Shown here: positions 25,349 to 39,106 of the stretch, piece by piece | Layout: each line of letters opens with the position of its first letter | How positions within the stretch are numbered: position 1 is the stretch's first letter | Source of the DNA: Marsupella aquatica | Lineage: Eukaryota; Plantae; Marchantiophyta | Length of the DNA: 64,000 nucleotides | Assembly: GCA_973895155.1 (NCBI GenBank) | Contig: OZ316898.1 | Location: 2,021,927 to 2,085,926, forward strand | Reading direction: 5' to 3' | Translations under genes and position numbers: made by a program | The notes under the pieces: model-generated | Told to the model about the DNA's origin: nothing | Database searches by the model: none | What the model saw: the letters and a program-made list of their open reading frames with translations, nothing else

Positions 25349-26942
25349 CTCTAGAGCATACAGCTCGCCCCCTATCCAGTACTTACAGGGAGGCCACTGG
25401 CCCAGGTCCTCGAGCACTCCTTAAAATCCTTTCGTCATCATAAGTGATGGTTGCAATGGGAAGAATCGCTGTTCATGTCTCGTCACTCCAGAGGGAGGAA
25501 TTGACGATATCAATTAAGTACAACAACCCAAACGTTCCAAGGATCCTCCGCTACCTCATTACAGGAGGCCGAAGCAGAGGACACGGGGTACCAACGACAG
25601 TCCAGACAGACCCGGTCACAAGTTGAGGATTCGAAAACATCTCCGAAGTGCGGTAGAAACGCCATTGACCCCATCCAGAACCAAATCCTTCGCACAACGA
25701 GTCAGTGAACTCAGAAGTTCATGTCAATCACCATTTCAAACTCACAAACCGCCCGCCAACCTCGTAAAAGTAGACAAGGTCCTAGAGAAAGTGCTTCCTC
25801 GGGCCGTCCCAACCTTTCCCTAGTGAGCGCCCCGAGACTAATTCCATCCCTGCCGCATCACCATCATCATCATCATCCCCTCCTGCTCTGACGGAACCCT
25901 CCGCCTCCGAACAACAGCAGCGCGCCTCCAATGTCAAATACCGTGAATGCACATTTACACGAGAGGAAAGCACGAGGGCCTCACAAGAGCGCCACACTCC
26001 ACACCAATACCAAAGCGCATTTACACGAGAGAAGAAACAGCACGAGAGAATCTCGAGAAATCGAAACCAAACCGCGAATCGACCGCTGCACTAAAAAACA
26101 GGAACGACTGTCGTTACGAGAGGGAAGGATTGACGCTGACAAGACGCATTCAAGCGTCGACAAACGTTTGGCTACTCCTCCTGCATCGCTGCCGCTCTGC
26201 TCCTTCAATCCCTGTACCTTCAATCCCTGTAGTCCTGTACCTTCAATCCCTGTACAGTACTCGCAGGCCAAGAATTCAAATTTCTCCACTCAGACAGTCG
26301 TCTACGCTTCTACGTCCTGAACGCCGAAATTTCGAACAAACTTCCGTGAAATCCTCGCCATCGCCATTACTGTCCAAGCTCCCTCACGGTCGAGATCTTC
26401 CCCTCTGCTCACCCGTCCGTTCGATCTCAGCGCATTCAATGCACGAAAGAGGAGCAAAGCAAAGCAAAGCGTTCGAAAAGCGTTCGAAAAAGCTCGCAAA
26501 CGCCCCAACGTTCAATTTTCTTCTGTTGCGCGTCGTGCAATCTATCCAATCCTGGTCCTCCATTGAGGAATTCGGCCGCCACATCAGCGAATTGGCCACG
26601 GGTCGTATCCAGTACCCGTGTGCCACGGAGACGTCGACCCATCGTCCATAGACATCCTCACATCCCGCTCATTCTGGATTTTGAACTCGGATACGGCGTG
26701 CATACCATATCATCGTATCTGGAACGTACGTAATATGCATGTACGTCCTGCTTTGGAATGTGAAGCCCCCATGTACCACAAGATTGGTCTTTGACACCCC
26801 CATGGACCATGTTTTGCAAAATTTGAGTTTAGAGAGTAGAGATGGGAGTTTATGATTTTTTCTAGGAGTATGGTATGTGTTTAGCTTTGGGATGCGTGCA
26901 TACCATACTCGCCCCCAAGGGGGGCTCTATACCATGGGTATA

Positions 26943-26978
<36 letters not shown>
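26943..26978. repeat. (CT)n microsatellite
   Basis: Direct. Confidence 0.9.
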
Positions 26979-27499
26979 AACATAAGTAGGATAAATATAC
27001 CCCACTGCAATAAGCAAAAGGTAACTGCAGTATTAGATATGGTGTGCCAAACTACACATAAGGTATCATACCTACTATCAGATGGCTACACATACAATAC
27101 TACATGTGTGGATCTAAAAGTTCAGCCATGGTGCTCCTTCTACCTAGTTATGCAAGGCTACCAAAGTAGGTACATTTCTCCATGTGGTAGCCACTACAGA
27201 ATGTTTGCCCTCAGACTTTCAAGCAATGGTCCACCCTTGCCCAGCTGCACCCCGCATTGCTACTAAATCCCCAGTCTGCATATATTACTCTCACACCTAG
27301 CAAACTCACACATAGTGCTACCAATGTCTTGTGCAAGTAATCTAACATCAGAATTTTATGGGTTTCAAACTTTTACACTCATATTTGAATAGGTTGGCAC
27401 GTACTACATATGCAATATGAATGGAAGTGTAATCTACTTGAAATTGAAACTACTCCTCTTTCACAATGGGATGTAACCTCTGGGGGTTGTCTAAGTGTA

Positions 27500-27710
27500 T
27501 CCTAGCCTAGTCTAAATAGACCTATTTTATAAAGAAAAAATTCCAAAAATATTTTTCATTTTTAATATTAATAATCTATTTTATTTTATAAAAGGTATAT
27601 ATTAGAAAATATTCAATATAAACATGAGTTTATGATATCTTTTTTTGTCTCCTATGCTTTTTTTAAATAGTTAATTTCTATCAAAAATACATATTTTTGA
27701 TCGCATGTGG
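27500..27710. mobile_element. AT-rich MITE copy (inverted relative to 54313-54530)
   Basis: Aligns by eye to the reverse complement of 54310-54520 (e.g. ATAGACCTATTTTATAAAGAAAA); ends GATCGCATGTGG. Confidence 0.75.
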
Positions 27711-29583
27711 TTACGAAGATTTTTTATAGTCAATCCCGCAAGGAAATAACTTCTTTATTTCATCAGGAGTCTTGTTACTACCAAGTAGAGTAGTCAAAAG
27801 ATCAACTCTTTGTGCTTGCATTGCCATTTCCACGGCATGTGCTTGCTCTACACTAACTCTCTTCAGTGCATTTTTGGCAGTTTTTGCTTCAATAGCAAAC
27901 TGGTGCATTCTATCAAGTTTTTTATATGTTGCAGCCTGCAATGCAATGTCTACCCTCGCCTCCATCAGATCTGCTAGGTCTTGGGTCTTCCTTTGATCTC
28001 GACTCTGAATCAATTCCTTTCGGTAAAGTGCCTTCATGTCTACATATATGGCAGCAAAATTTGGTTTGGAAGTGCTCTACACTTCCTTCTGTCCAACTGA
28101 TGATGTTTTGTAACGCTTCTTTGCTATTGGAGAAAGCATGGACTCTGATATAGACTTGACTTAGGTGTTGAACTTAGTTGGAGTATATGGGGGCCCCTAC
28201 ATTGGTTGATTTTCACCAACTTGAATTGGGCAAGACTTTGCACATGCTCCACATGTGCAATTATCTACATGCTTACCAATTTCTGTCATCTTCTTTAATT
28301 CCTACCAGAAGAAATTACCATACAAGCCACTTGCAAGAGTATCTAGTGTCTGCAAAAATGAGATAGGATATCTTTGAGAGAATGAACGTAAAGTAGTTGA
28401 CAAATTGAACTAGAAGACAAGGTGGTAAATGTTGAGTACCTTCGAGAACGCTAGTTGTGTTGGAAGGCACATGGTAGATGTTGGGATTATCATTTTCATG
28501 TTAAAATGTTGACTCAAAATTTGATTCAACATTGGTCTGAGGAAAGACAAGGTCATTATCCTCCACTCCACAATCGCCTTCCACTGATGGTGTCACATTT
28601 AGTTGCTTGCCAAAGATTGCATGCACTATTTCAAAGTGTGGACACAATCGGTTCAGTTTTGTATCCAATGTAATCATTCAAACCTAGCTCTAGCTTGTCT
28701 TCATTCAAACCTCCACCTATTTGCAATTTAACCTCTCTAGCTTGCCTCTTTGTACCACTTCATATAGCTTTGGCATCGCTTTGTCAATTGGGTGTAGTGA
28801 TCTTCTTATGATGTTGCATTGCAACAAGCATCAATTTGAAGAATGTTGCCTTGCTTTGATACTTTGCCCCCACTCAAGTCTTCCTTCCTCCCCCTCCTCA
28901 TTCTCATCTAGTAGCCAGAAAATTCTCTGGAATTTCCAAGTATGAGACTATGCATTCATAGTCATGATCCTTAAGTCTGAATTTATCAATTGTAGAGAGG
29001 GGCATTGTTGAAGTTTGCCCATGAATGTTGGAAAGCACCCCTTGCTCTCACATGACCTTGGTTGCTTGATTGGGCCATGCATGTTCTCTCGATTTCTCTA
29101 CATCTTTTCTACAATTATGCGCGTACAATCAAATTACAATTTCTCTAAACTATGGATGATTCTCACATTTATACTCTAGAGATACAAATACATCAACCTT
29201 CACCATGGAGGTCGACCTTGAACACTACAGAGATGGGCAAAGCGCAACAAATTCTATTTAGTGGGGACGATAGCATTCAAAATTTGAAGAGCATAAACTA
29301 TGGCAATACCTTCGCACATAAACAACGTTGCACTTATGTAGAGCGGTTGGGTTCAGAACTATTATGGTCTATTTCAGTGGCTTACGGCCAAATATTGTCC
29401 AAGAGGGAAGAGAGACTTAAATCCTACTTTGAGCGGGTAAACACTCGTAAGTAGGTCCTTAAGGGGCGGGTCAAACCACTAAACCGGCGAACTTGGCGGT
29501 CCATAAGTCTTGCCTTTTAACTACCGTTACAAGATTTTGCAATGGCCCGTAACTTTTGGGGACAGGCCAATTTTGAGATGCCC
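27711..29583 (-). mobile_element. Degenerate PIF/Harbinger-like element with decayed ORF1 (Myb/SANT-like accessory protein)
   Basis: TIR GGGCATCTCAAAA at 29571-29583 flanked by TAA; broken reading frames IVSYLEIPENF, SKATFFKLML, ITLDTKLNRLCPHFE homologous to the ORF at 63.1-64 kb; C-terminal remnant ORF 27711..28037. Confidence 0.75.
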
Positions 29584-31559
29584 TAATGTACTAAGGAATC
29601 AGTTAGACAAACTTTGTTGTGTGACAGTACAACACCAGTTGACCCGGGAGTAGACCAAGCTTGTAGAGAATCTTTGAGAATATTGTTATGCGCACCATGG
29701 GTGCAGAAATCAACAGGGGACCTAAGTGTGTCAGATGTGTATTATGCTATACTTATGCATACCAAACTCTCTCCCTTGCACCCCATTGCCTCCCTCGCCC
29801 CACCCTTTTCTTCCTTCAACATGATTTAAAAAATAGAAAAAATGTAAGAAAAATCAAATTAAGGCAATAGTAAGAGATATATGTAAAGTGGGCTAACTAT
29901 GGTCCAATTTTGTGTGGTTGTTGCTGATTATAGTTGCGTAGCAAAAGTGCAACCCTGGTTTACATACTAAGGCAAAACATGCATGTCCCAAACCTGTATT
30001 TAATTAGAAATAATGATTTTGGATTTGATTTTTGTGCATCAGAAGTTCTTGCATTTCTTTATGTCCTTTTTGGCAAACTCTTGCTTCCCTCGGACAAGCC
30101 AAACTTGTTCAATTGTGAACATAGGGCACAACTTAACACAAGGCACAATGCAAGATCACCAGTGTGAGATATGGTCAGGAAGGAGATGAGGCCACACTGC
30201 ATCTTGATCGACATCTATGCCAAAATCTGCAAAGGAAGATCATGTTACAAGTAAGGTCTATCCTGAGAGTAAGGTTGGTAGAGCTCGCCTCCACCAACAA
30301 ACGTGCAATGTTGCATTGAACAAGCACCAGGAGGAAGTGCACTTGGAACAATTCAAGATCAAGCAATAGGGCAGAAACAATTGATGTCGAATCAACTATC
30401 CCTAAGTTGAATGTTGAGCACATGCGGAAGTGGATATTGCAAAGGTGCACACTACAACCAGGCTAGCTGCTTGAATCTTGTCAATCTTCTTGGTCTCTAT
30501 GAACGGGCGTTCTTGACAAAAGCAATTAAGAAAAACCTTCTTTACTCAAATGTTTGCTGTTTGCTCTTCATACCAATGTTACCCGGATTGTAGCTTGCTT
30601 ATCTCAAGCAATTCAGTTAAATAGATGCTACATTTGAGCAAGTCTTCAACGGAATATACAGCTGACATTCACAATAGGAGAGCTACCAACCGGATAAGAA
30701 GTTGGGTTAGACATGCAAAATATCACCTACTGGCTCATCTTCGCTCAATTATGCTATTATTTGTTTCTTTGAATTGAAGGAGCTGCGCGTGCTATTCAAT
30801 TCTTTTTTTGCAAGAACAACAGTCTACTTAGTGGCTCATGTGGAACCCAATGAAAATAGCCTGGTCGCTTTGCAAATTCTTTTTTTATGTATCCCCAATG
30901 TCTTCATTTTGGAAAGGGGTCTTATTGTGAAGGCTTGTAGTTTCATTTTATTGGTCTCTTCAAACCCTACAACACAAAGCTTCATTCTGATGAGTATTGT
31001 TTTGGATCATTGGACGTACAACCATTCCCATTGTTGTTGAGCGTCTTACTCATTGTTGTTCTTGCTTCTCTTGTTTACTTGGAGAAGAGCAAATATATAT
31101 ATTGAGCCTATATATGCTTAGGTACTAGGAGAGTGGCAGCATGGATGAGGGGGAGCATAGGAGTTCAAAGGGCAAGAAAAGCTAAAGCAGAAATAGATGA
31201 CCCAACAATGGACCAGGGTGTCAGGCTAACTATAGATAATGATCATGTTGTTACATTCATTCACGAATACAAAAGACATTTCATGGAGTTCAGCAAGGGT
31301 ATGAACAAGAAGCCCACCCCGCACAACAGTCCACAAAGTTGTGAGAACATGGGAGGCCCGATTGAATTGGCAACCCAACCTGAAGTTGCTCCGGTCCACT
31401 ACATGGATACCATTCAGATCAGCATATATCTTGTTTTATTTGGCACCTAGTATACAGGATCCTAGCTATGCAATAGTGGAGGCTCCCAACTTTGCCTCAG
31501 ATTGATCCCCACACATGATGCACTTGATGTGACCCCGGATGTGACCTTCATCAGCAAGA

Positions 31560-32030
31560 AGACCTGATACATTGCCTCTAGAGTTACCCTGTCTCAGTAT
31601 CGGTTTGGTTGTGGGTGCAGTTCATCTTATGGAGCTTTCATTGATAGCAGATTAATTCACCTACAATAGACTCACAGTTGTGTTGGGGCTCCCGTATCAG
31701 AGGCTTAGGACGGTTCCAAGAAGTAGTAGCACACTCCAAGGGCCATGATTTGCTGGAATCTATGGAAAGATAGGAGCTCACACTTCATTGAGGTCACCAG
31801 ATCAGGTGCTTTGGCTGTCATGCAAAAATCATGGCACCGCCTGGGATATACCTTCGTAAGGATTGGGCCAGACATTGATCAAAGATTTGGGCTCATAAAT
31901 CCACATCTATTGAGATGCGTAACACATATCTTTTGACTACGGCACTTGGGCAGGACAGTGTGCAATCCACAAAGACATTGTAAGTCCCAACTCATCCCCC
32001 ATGAATGCTCCTTCTGTTCCAAGGTTTAAA
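31560..32030 (+). mobile_element. Possible decayed non-LTR (LINE) 3' fragment
   Basis: KAMICWNLWKDR resembles the WxxWxxR motif at the end of L1-type ORF2; CpG-depleted context. Confidence 0.3.
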
Positions 32031-34364
32031 TTGCACTGCAGGCTAGGCTGATATATAGTGTTGTCTATTATGACGCACAAACCCACTATTAATTAGGGAC
32101 CCCTGCCGGTCCCTCTTCACTGGCCTATTGGAGAAGAAAAGAGATTTGGGTATCATCAGCTTAGAACAATTCAAGGAGAAATGCCAAGCTATTTTTGGAT
32201 TGTAAAGCAACAATCTACTACTTTACATAGAGAAGTTCTAGGCAAGGGTAGAGAAGTCAAGATAGGGAGATCCCAGTCTTGCCCCTGGTCTTTGCTTGGA
32301 CATTTGGTTGAGGCTGCAACACAATTTTGTTTTTTTGTGACATTTTTTAGAATATTAAGCTCAGTCTAGTTTACAGCAAGACATCATTCTATTCAGTACT
32401 TTATACCAAAATTATAGGGCACAGTCCAATGATAGGCATTTTGAACCCAAATTGTATATTGCAAGAGTACTACTCTGTGAAGAACTTTGCTCCTTTGTGA
32501 ATCCAAATACAAAGTACTGTTCATGACTAAATTGATGTTTCCATTCAGTTCATAAGTCATTGAGGCCCGTTGCAATCACATGCCAACAATAAATAGGAGA
32601 ACCAGATTAACACAAAGCTTGATGCAAACAAGCTTGATTCAAAATTCCCCTTGTTTTCACAGACAACTCAAGGACTGTAATTTGGATACACCTTGACAAA
32701 ACAAGTTGGGTTGTGCTGAGTAGTAACATGAAGTGTGGAGTGTGTTAATTTTGAGTATAAAGCCTTGCATTAATCCCATGTATCTCCTCATAAGGCTCTC
32801 ACAATGGCCCGTTGCACACAATGAACGAGCTTGTATTGGACGAACTCCTCCCCCATCTCTTGCAGTGAAACTTTTGGTGCACTACTTTTTCAATCACAAG
32901 GATGATGAGTGTGTCATCATAGATCCCTTGCATATCATGCTGCAAAATTTATTTGTTTTCATTTTTGGAACTTGATTTCTAGGTACAGTAATTTGTTTAT
33001 CAACAGTGTAATCCACCAATTCAGCAAGCAAGTGTAATTCCCCAAAACAAAGCACAAAATCATGCTACTGGAGGAAACATCTTCTCTTGAAAGAAGTGCT
33101 CAAAGAGAGGGTAAAGGCAAGAATTAGCACAGCTGGATGAGTGGACTAAAGGAATGCATTTGCTCACTGCTACACAACTATGGGGGGCAGCTGTCTAAGC
33201 TTGGGAGGGGGAGGGGGGCCTTTACATGAGAGGGGGGGGGGGGGGGGGGTAAAGGCTATTGTGCTGTTATTTTCACATAGATCAGATTTGGTTATCTGTT
33301 CATGATAACCAAATCTTCACCATCAATTTCCGTCAATGGGCCTCATTTGACTTTACATGAAGACTGCCATTCACTGGGGACAACTCAATCCTACATTGCA
33401 AATTGTGGGCTCCGTAAAAATCCTATGTGGCAAGGCCATTTCTATCGTTTGTTACCACCTACTTTGATTTTTTGGGTTACTGGCCGGCATGACCAATATT
33501 TCCTTGCCAGGCTTTGATAATGAAAATAAAATCCTGCCGGGTACAGTAGGCCCTCCACATTCACAACTAAAGTCTTTAGAAAAACTTATTGACATGACTC
33601 CAAATATTGCATTATTAATGTGCACAAAGAGCTTCTCATGTAGAGTTGTCTTTCGGTGTTTTTTGGGGAGGCAGCGGTTGAATTTTTTTTATGAGTAAGG
33701 GACAACAGTACACTTTAATGCCCCTGTTTTTCTGGGAGGAAAGTCTCACCTTGCTTACATAGCAGGATTCGTTTTATTCAAAGACCTTATGGAGAGGGCC
33801 AACTGTAGTCTGGTTTGGAGTCCTATAGGTGGCCACAAGTAATTTTAAAGGTCTCTCTAATTCACCAGGGTGGCAGATGTTATGTTTTGTTAAGGAGGAG
33901 ATGCTAAGAATATTGCTTATCTAAATTTGCTTGATTCATTTTGACCTTCAGCTCTTTCTAGATTTAAGGAGAGCCATGGGGCTTGGTGGGAAACTGGGTA
34001 CTAATAAGGACCCCCCTTACCTAACTAACCAAAATTTGTCCAAAGTGGCGCAATGCTTTCACAGAGACAGCTTTTGGCAAAAAAAATGCCACCTATTAAA
34101 TGCTCCATGGCCCTCAATCAGGTGAGGGAATTGTCTGAATGACCCCCTTTGTGTTCATGTAATGCCCCAACCACAACTAACCGTACTGAGGGGTCAGATT
34201 CATTTGCAATTTCGAAAGTTTGAGATCCTCAACGACCAGTACCATGAGGGAAATAGTTTATTATGAAGAAACCAAATGATTGAATTGGCGAAACAAGAAG
34301 GTCAGCACAGAAAACAAAGCAAAAGACCAATGACTCCACAAGGTGTCTCAAAGATTCAAAGTTA

Positions 34365-34660
34365 TGGACCATGGCTTTTGGGCATAAACAAATGACCATA
34401 AATGTTTCTCCATAACTTGCTTTTGGGCATATAAACAAATGACCATTAATTTTTCTCCATAACTTGCTTTTGGGCATATAAACAAATGACCATAACTTTT
34501 TCACAAGGTTATGTAATTTTTTTTGTTCACTAGTCTCTAGAGTGACTTATGGTATATAAACAATCATTTTGGCGGCAAAAAGTTATGAACTATGAATTTC
34601 CACCAAATTTGAAGGTTTTCCACCAAATTTGAAGTTTTTCCACCAAATTCGAAGTTTTGA
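34365..34660. repeat. Tandem repeats: about 47 bp x3 (GCTTTTGGGCATATAAACAAATGACCAT...) and about 20 bp x3 (TTTCCACCAAATTTGAAG)
   Basis: Direct. Confidence 0.9.
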
Positions 34661-35584
34661 GAGGCAGGAGTGAAACGGATCACTCGAATTCGGTCACTCA
34701 GCAAGATTCAAGATTCAGACGTAGGTGGGTACATTCAACGATGCGCATACAACACAGTTGAGAGATCGCTATTATGATAACAGATCACGCCGAATAACAG
34801 AAAGATGTTACATACGAGTTGCAAGCACATCCGTCATTGCAAAACGATCAACAGCTAAACAGTGATGGCCGTATGTGACGAAGTTTTAATCTACATCTTC
34901 ATCTAATCTGCAGAAGCCAAGCTGCGCATCTCTGTATGGGCTCTGCAAAACTCAACTCAGCTCATCCTCAAGAAGACTTTCAATTCCTTTTCCTCACGGC
35001 TGGAGAGTGGTATCAAATACAGTGAGACACTGCGGTTGAAGAAATGGATCCTCTGTGATGAGCACCTTCCAGATGTTCACCAAGGTGCTCTGGAACTCGT
35101 CCATCGTTGAAGTGATGTGCTCGCGAGTCAATCCTCCAAACAGCTCCGACAGCAACAGCAGCGTCGAGGCCAGCCGCATGAGCCCCCCCCTCACCAGGAG
35201 CGGGACATATACTTCCCTCCTCGCAATTTCATGGGCTGAACCTCGTTTTAGTGGGAATCTTCATCTCCTCCTCTAAGGGAAAGAGATTTCACATCCGTTG
35301 CTAGTCTCTTCGGGAATTCAAAATGTCCCAAACACGTTAACGCCCGCCTTTGTGATCGACAGAGTAAATTGAGTCAATCAAGGGTGGCTTCAATTCTTTC
35401 CTGACACTCGCAAAATCCTTTTCTCTGTTTGGAATGCGATCATCTTCTGTATCTGCGAGTCCATCAAAACCAATTAAGCAGAGCGGTCATAACGACATAC
35501 GTAGCTGTTATTGAGTCCGAAGCAAATCGACCAATTCAGCAAGGAGAGGTAAATGAATGCATTCTTCGAGTCAAGGAGAAGCAG

Positions 35585-36484
35585 TTACCTGTTTTTGGAA
35601 TTCGTTTTGTTCCACTCATGCTTTCTGTTCAGCACAACTTGAAAGAGGAATTTTTCTGGCCAAGGCATTTCGTGTTGAGCACCGGTCTCCGGACACACGA
35701 ATGTCAGAGGCAAAAGTTCCTTCATTCTACTTGTTATGAACTCTCGGCACCGCTCTTTGACCTCAGTGTTAGACCTGAAGTTAGTACGCAGGTACTCGTG
35801 CTGCTCCTCATTGACGTGGTAATGAGCAAACCAGTCTCTAACAGTCCTGAAGTTCTCCTTGTGGGCTTCGTATGCTTGTTGATGACGACTCGCCAAAAAT
35901 CTCCGGGCTTCGGCTCTGCGCTTAACAATGAAGATCTTGTCGGGAGAAGGATAGAACCTCTGCACATCAATCGTATATCCAGGAGAGTATTATTCACATT
36001 ACCACTGCAGAAACGGCACACGAAAATGGAGGAACTCAGTGCCCAAAGGTATGGGACTCACCTTTCGTACTCGCACAGGCTTTGAATCTTCTCCAGAAGT
36101 CTGCTTCCTGAGAGCATCATCGGTTTTGCCTCGTTCATTCAGAGTCCGACACTCCTTTTGACGCTGGCAGTGTGGGGCGGTAGAATGGGTGGTAGAAATG
36201 GTGTCGTCGAGTGACGGCTTCTCCGATGCAAGCTTTGGCGGTCCAATGACAATACATTCGTGTCTCTTGCACTCGGACCACCATTTTCTTAACGTGAGCA
36301 TGTGTTTAAACATTTTCACACCCACCACGTGAAAGAACAGCCTAAAGGCAGCGTCTTCCATGGAGAAGAAGCACTCACCGGAAATATCAAGGGCCTTGAT
36401 ACGGGAACTGTAAATTGTGGTGTGTAGACATCGAGCAACATGCTCACAAAACTCTTCAACACTAACTTGGTACCATTTGGCCAT
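35585..36484 (-). CDS. Hypothetical spliced protein, about 265 aa (exons 36484-36062, 35959-35585)
   Basis: Two ORFs joined in phase 0 by a 102-nt GTGAGT...GTGCAG intron; no family recognised. Confidence 0.5.
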
Positions 36485-36546
36485 CTTCCTCTCTAGCTAT
36501 ATGACTGTCTCGTAGCACGAGTACCGTATGGTGAGAATGCAGTGAT

Positions 36547-36685
36547 CTGAAGTAGCAGGAGGACCTATGTTCTGGAGGAGAAATGAGAATTGAGTGACCT
36601 GAAGTAGCAGGGGGACCTTATGTTCTGGAGGAGAAATGAGAATTGAGTGACCTGCAGGAGCAGGAGGACTTATCCTCTGGAGAAG
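36547..36685. repeat. About 52-bp tandem repeat x2.5
   Basis: CTGAAGTAGCAGG.GGACC.ATGTTCTGGAGGAGAAATGAGAATTGAGTGAC repeated. Confidence 0.9.
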
Positions 36686-39106
36686 ATATCGTGGATGTGT
36701 GAAGAGCCGCAATCTCAGTCCGCTTGCCGCCTTGAAGTCACTTTGAAAATACCTTAGTCCTGTAGTGATTTCCCCACCTGGGGAAAATGGTGGGGAAAAT
36801 ACCAATGTTATGTAGGGATTTTCATCACATCAAGCTCAAATTGTAGATTCTAAGGTTTCTCAGCTTTTTGGAGGTTGGTTTGGATAGTTCAACCTCCCGA
36901 AAACGGGCTGTGATGCCTTCTGATATCTGCGGAGAAGGTGAATTTCTGACAAAATGTGTTGATGAGATGTTTTCTCTGAAGGACCGGTATCAATGGATCA
37001 TTTAAGATTCAAGGAGTTTGCGAGGCTGGAAGGTAAAGTACACCTGGACCACCAGGAGTTGCTATCTACACCGAGACACGGATGAAGGCACCAATTTCCG
37101 ATTTCTCCAGCAATCTTTATGGGAATCACGAAACTCAAAGCGAGAGCAGCACCCTGTCCTCAGAGGTGACTGAATCGGCTCGAAATCAGGTTGTCGCCAT
37201 GTGCAAGGCTTCTGGAGAATTCAGAATTCAGGAGAGGATTAAGTCACATTGAGGAGAAAACTTGCACCTTGTTCGGCCGATTCAATTTGGTGCAACAGGG
37301 GCGCTGAAACTAGCGCCAGAGACTTTTCCTCGGCGCTTGACAGTCAGTCCATCTATCTGTCTATACTAGAATTCGCGATCGAAGTCTACCTTTCATGACC
37401 AACTTCTTAGCGTGAAGCCATAGACCCTAATTTCTCTGCTAACAGAATTGTTTGATATTTTAGACTATGGTTGTGAGTAAGGAGGGGCATGGCAGTCTTG
37501 GTACGGAGAGCCCTTTGTGCAAACGCAATGGTCTTCGGGGTGTACACAAAGGACAATCACAACACTGTGGACGTTCGTATACGAGAATCCGTTCTCAACC
37601 AAGGGTCCACAGTCACACCATACAACTTGACTACAATTAGAGGCAAGTATGGTTCAGGAGAACCAGGTTCATGTTTTCATGTGAGGGAACAGAACCCTGT
37701 GAGACGAAATATGAGGGTGTTGGTTCCAGATCAAGACGTTACTGATGATGAACCGGAGGGATACATTTGTTCACTTTTCCACTGGAGTGCAATCTTCCGG
37801 TGCAAAAAAGTTGATCTTGAGCTGATACCCTTCGGGCAACAAGGAGAGCATCTGAAGGGGCCAAACAAAGGAGGAAAGTGGCTGGTACTCCTCGATGATG
37901 CTAAGGGATGCATCACCGCATCCCCAAATCTGTACCGTTTTAGTGCAGACTTCTTGGCCATTTTGTTTTACAGGTTATTCGGGTCCCTGCAGGTCTTGGA
38001 GCTCTCATGTAGTATGTTGTAGAGATGCTTAAGTTATTGTAGGACGTATTGTGGTTGTTGCCCTCGCTGATGTTGACTTTATGCAAATAAGATTTAGGAT
38101 AGAACACATTGCCGGAGGATGGGACAGTATTTTCTTTGGGTATTGCAGCTCTTCGCCACGGATTTCGTTTTATTGATCAGCTTCAAATTTCGGCTATCAA
38201 TCGGCACACCGAGTTACACGGCCTCCGAATTTGGTCCCCTTAAGCATTAGAATAGGGTACTCTGTGTGTGCTTTATGGTGTGAATGGTGTGAACTATTGG
38301 CGTGAACATTGTGAGCAGGGACCCTTTGTTACTTTCACGTTGAAGATTTGCTGGCTCTTGGGTTGGACCGCCTCTCTGTGTGCTTTTATGGTAGGAATTG
38401 TGAGCAGGCACCGCTTGTTACTTTTAACTTGAAGAGAGTTGATGGCGCTTTGGATTGGACCACGGGACATCGAAAACTTGCCACTGCCAAATTAGCAAAC
38501 CTCCACTGCAATCTCGAGTGGCAGACGAAACGTATCAACAACAAAGCTTCAGCACAGCTGCTAAAAGAATCTGCTGTTCCCTCCCTGCCCCACCCCCCGC
38601 AACATAAAAAAGAGTAGCCAAGCCAGTAGACTGCCACAGAGACCTTCAGAGGACAAGCCAATGAAACTGCTCGGAAATGAACTTTTGTTGGTGATCCTCA
38701 ATTGTTGTCCAGACAGAAATTTGGCAATTACGTCCAAAAACTCGCCACTGGTGCACTCGAAGGAAAATTTAATACAGAAGTGGCAGCAAACTGACCACCT
38801 GCTGTAAATGAAGATTATGGTTCGATGAGATCTTGTGGAGGACGGAGCTCAGTGCTACGTGAAGGTGAGTATCTCTGCTAATTCATCTGTCCAAATATGG
38901 TCATGGCAGCGATGATTCACATATCCAGGGAAAAAGAGAAGGACCGTGGTCACAATGCCGTAACTAAAATCATGAACTTTAAACTCACTTCGATCAATCT
39001 TTCTAGGTCCGAATCTAATTGAAAGGTTTACCATTGGAAAAGCATCCGTAAAAATCACACGCGGTACTAGTCAGCTTTGGCAATCTAGGGGCATCTTAAT
39101 TAATTC

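Noticed and set aside
25931-26651. Overlapping ORFs of 129 and 234 aa
   Set aside because: Antisense to the GC-rich kinesin leader/promoter; low complexity; no recognisable protein
33232-33249. Poly-G run (also 54274-54288) as a G-quadruplex element
   Set aside because: Simple homopolymers within decayed repeats; length error-prone; no functional evidence
35429-36085. 218-aa plus-strand ORF
   Set aside because: Non-ATG start; antisense shadow of the minus-strand spliced ORFs
37489-38022. 177-aa ATG ORF
   Set aside because: No recognisable motif or supporting exons; cannot be called without a search, though not excluded
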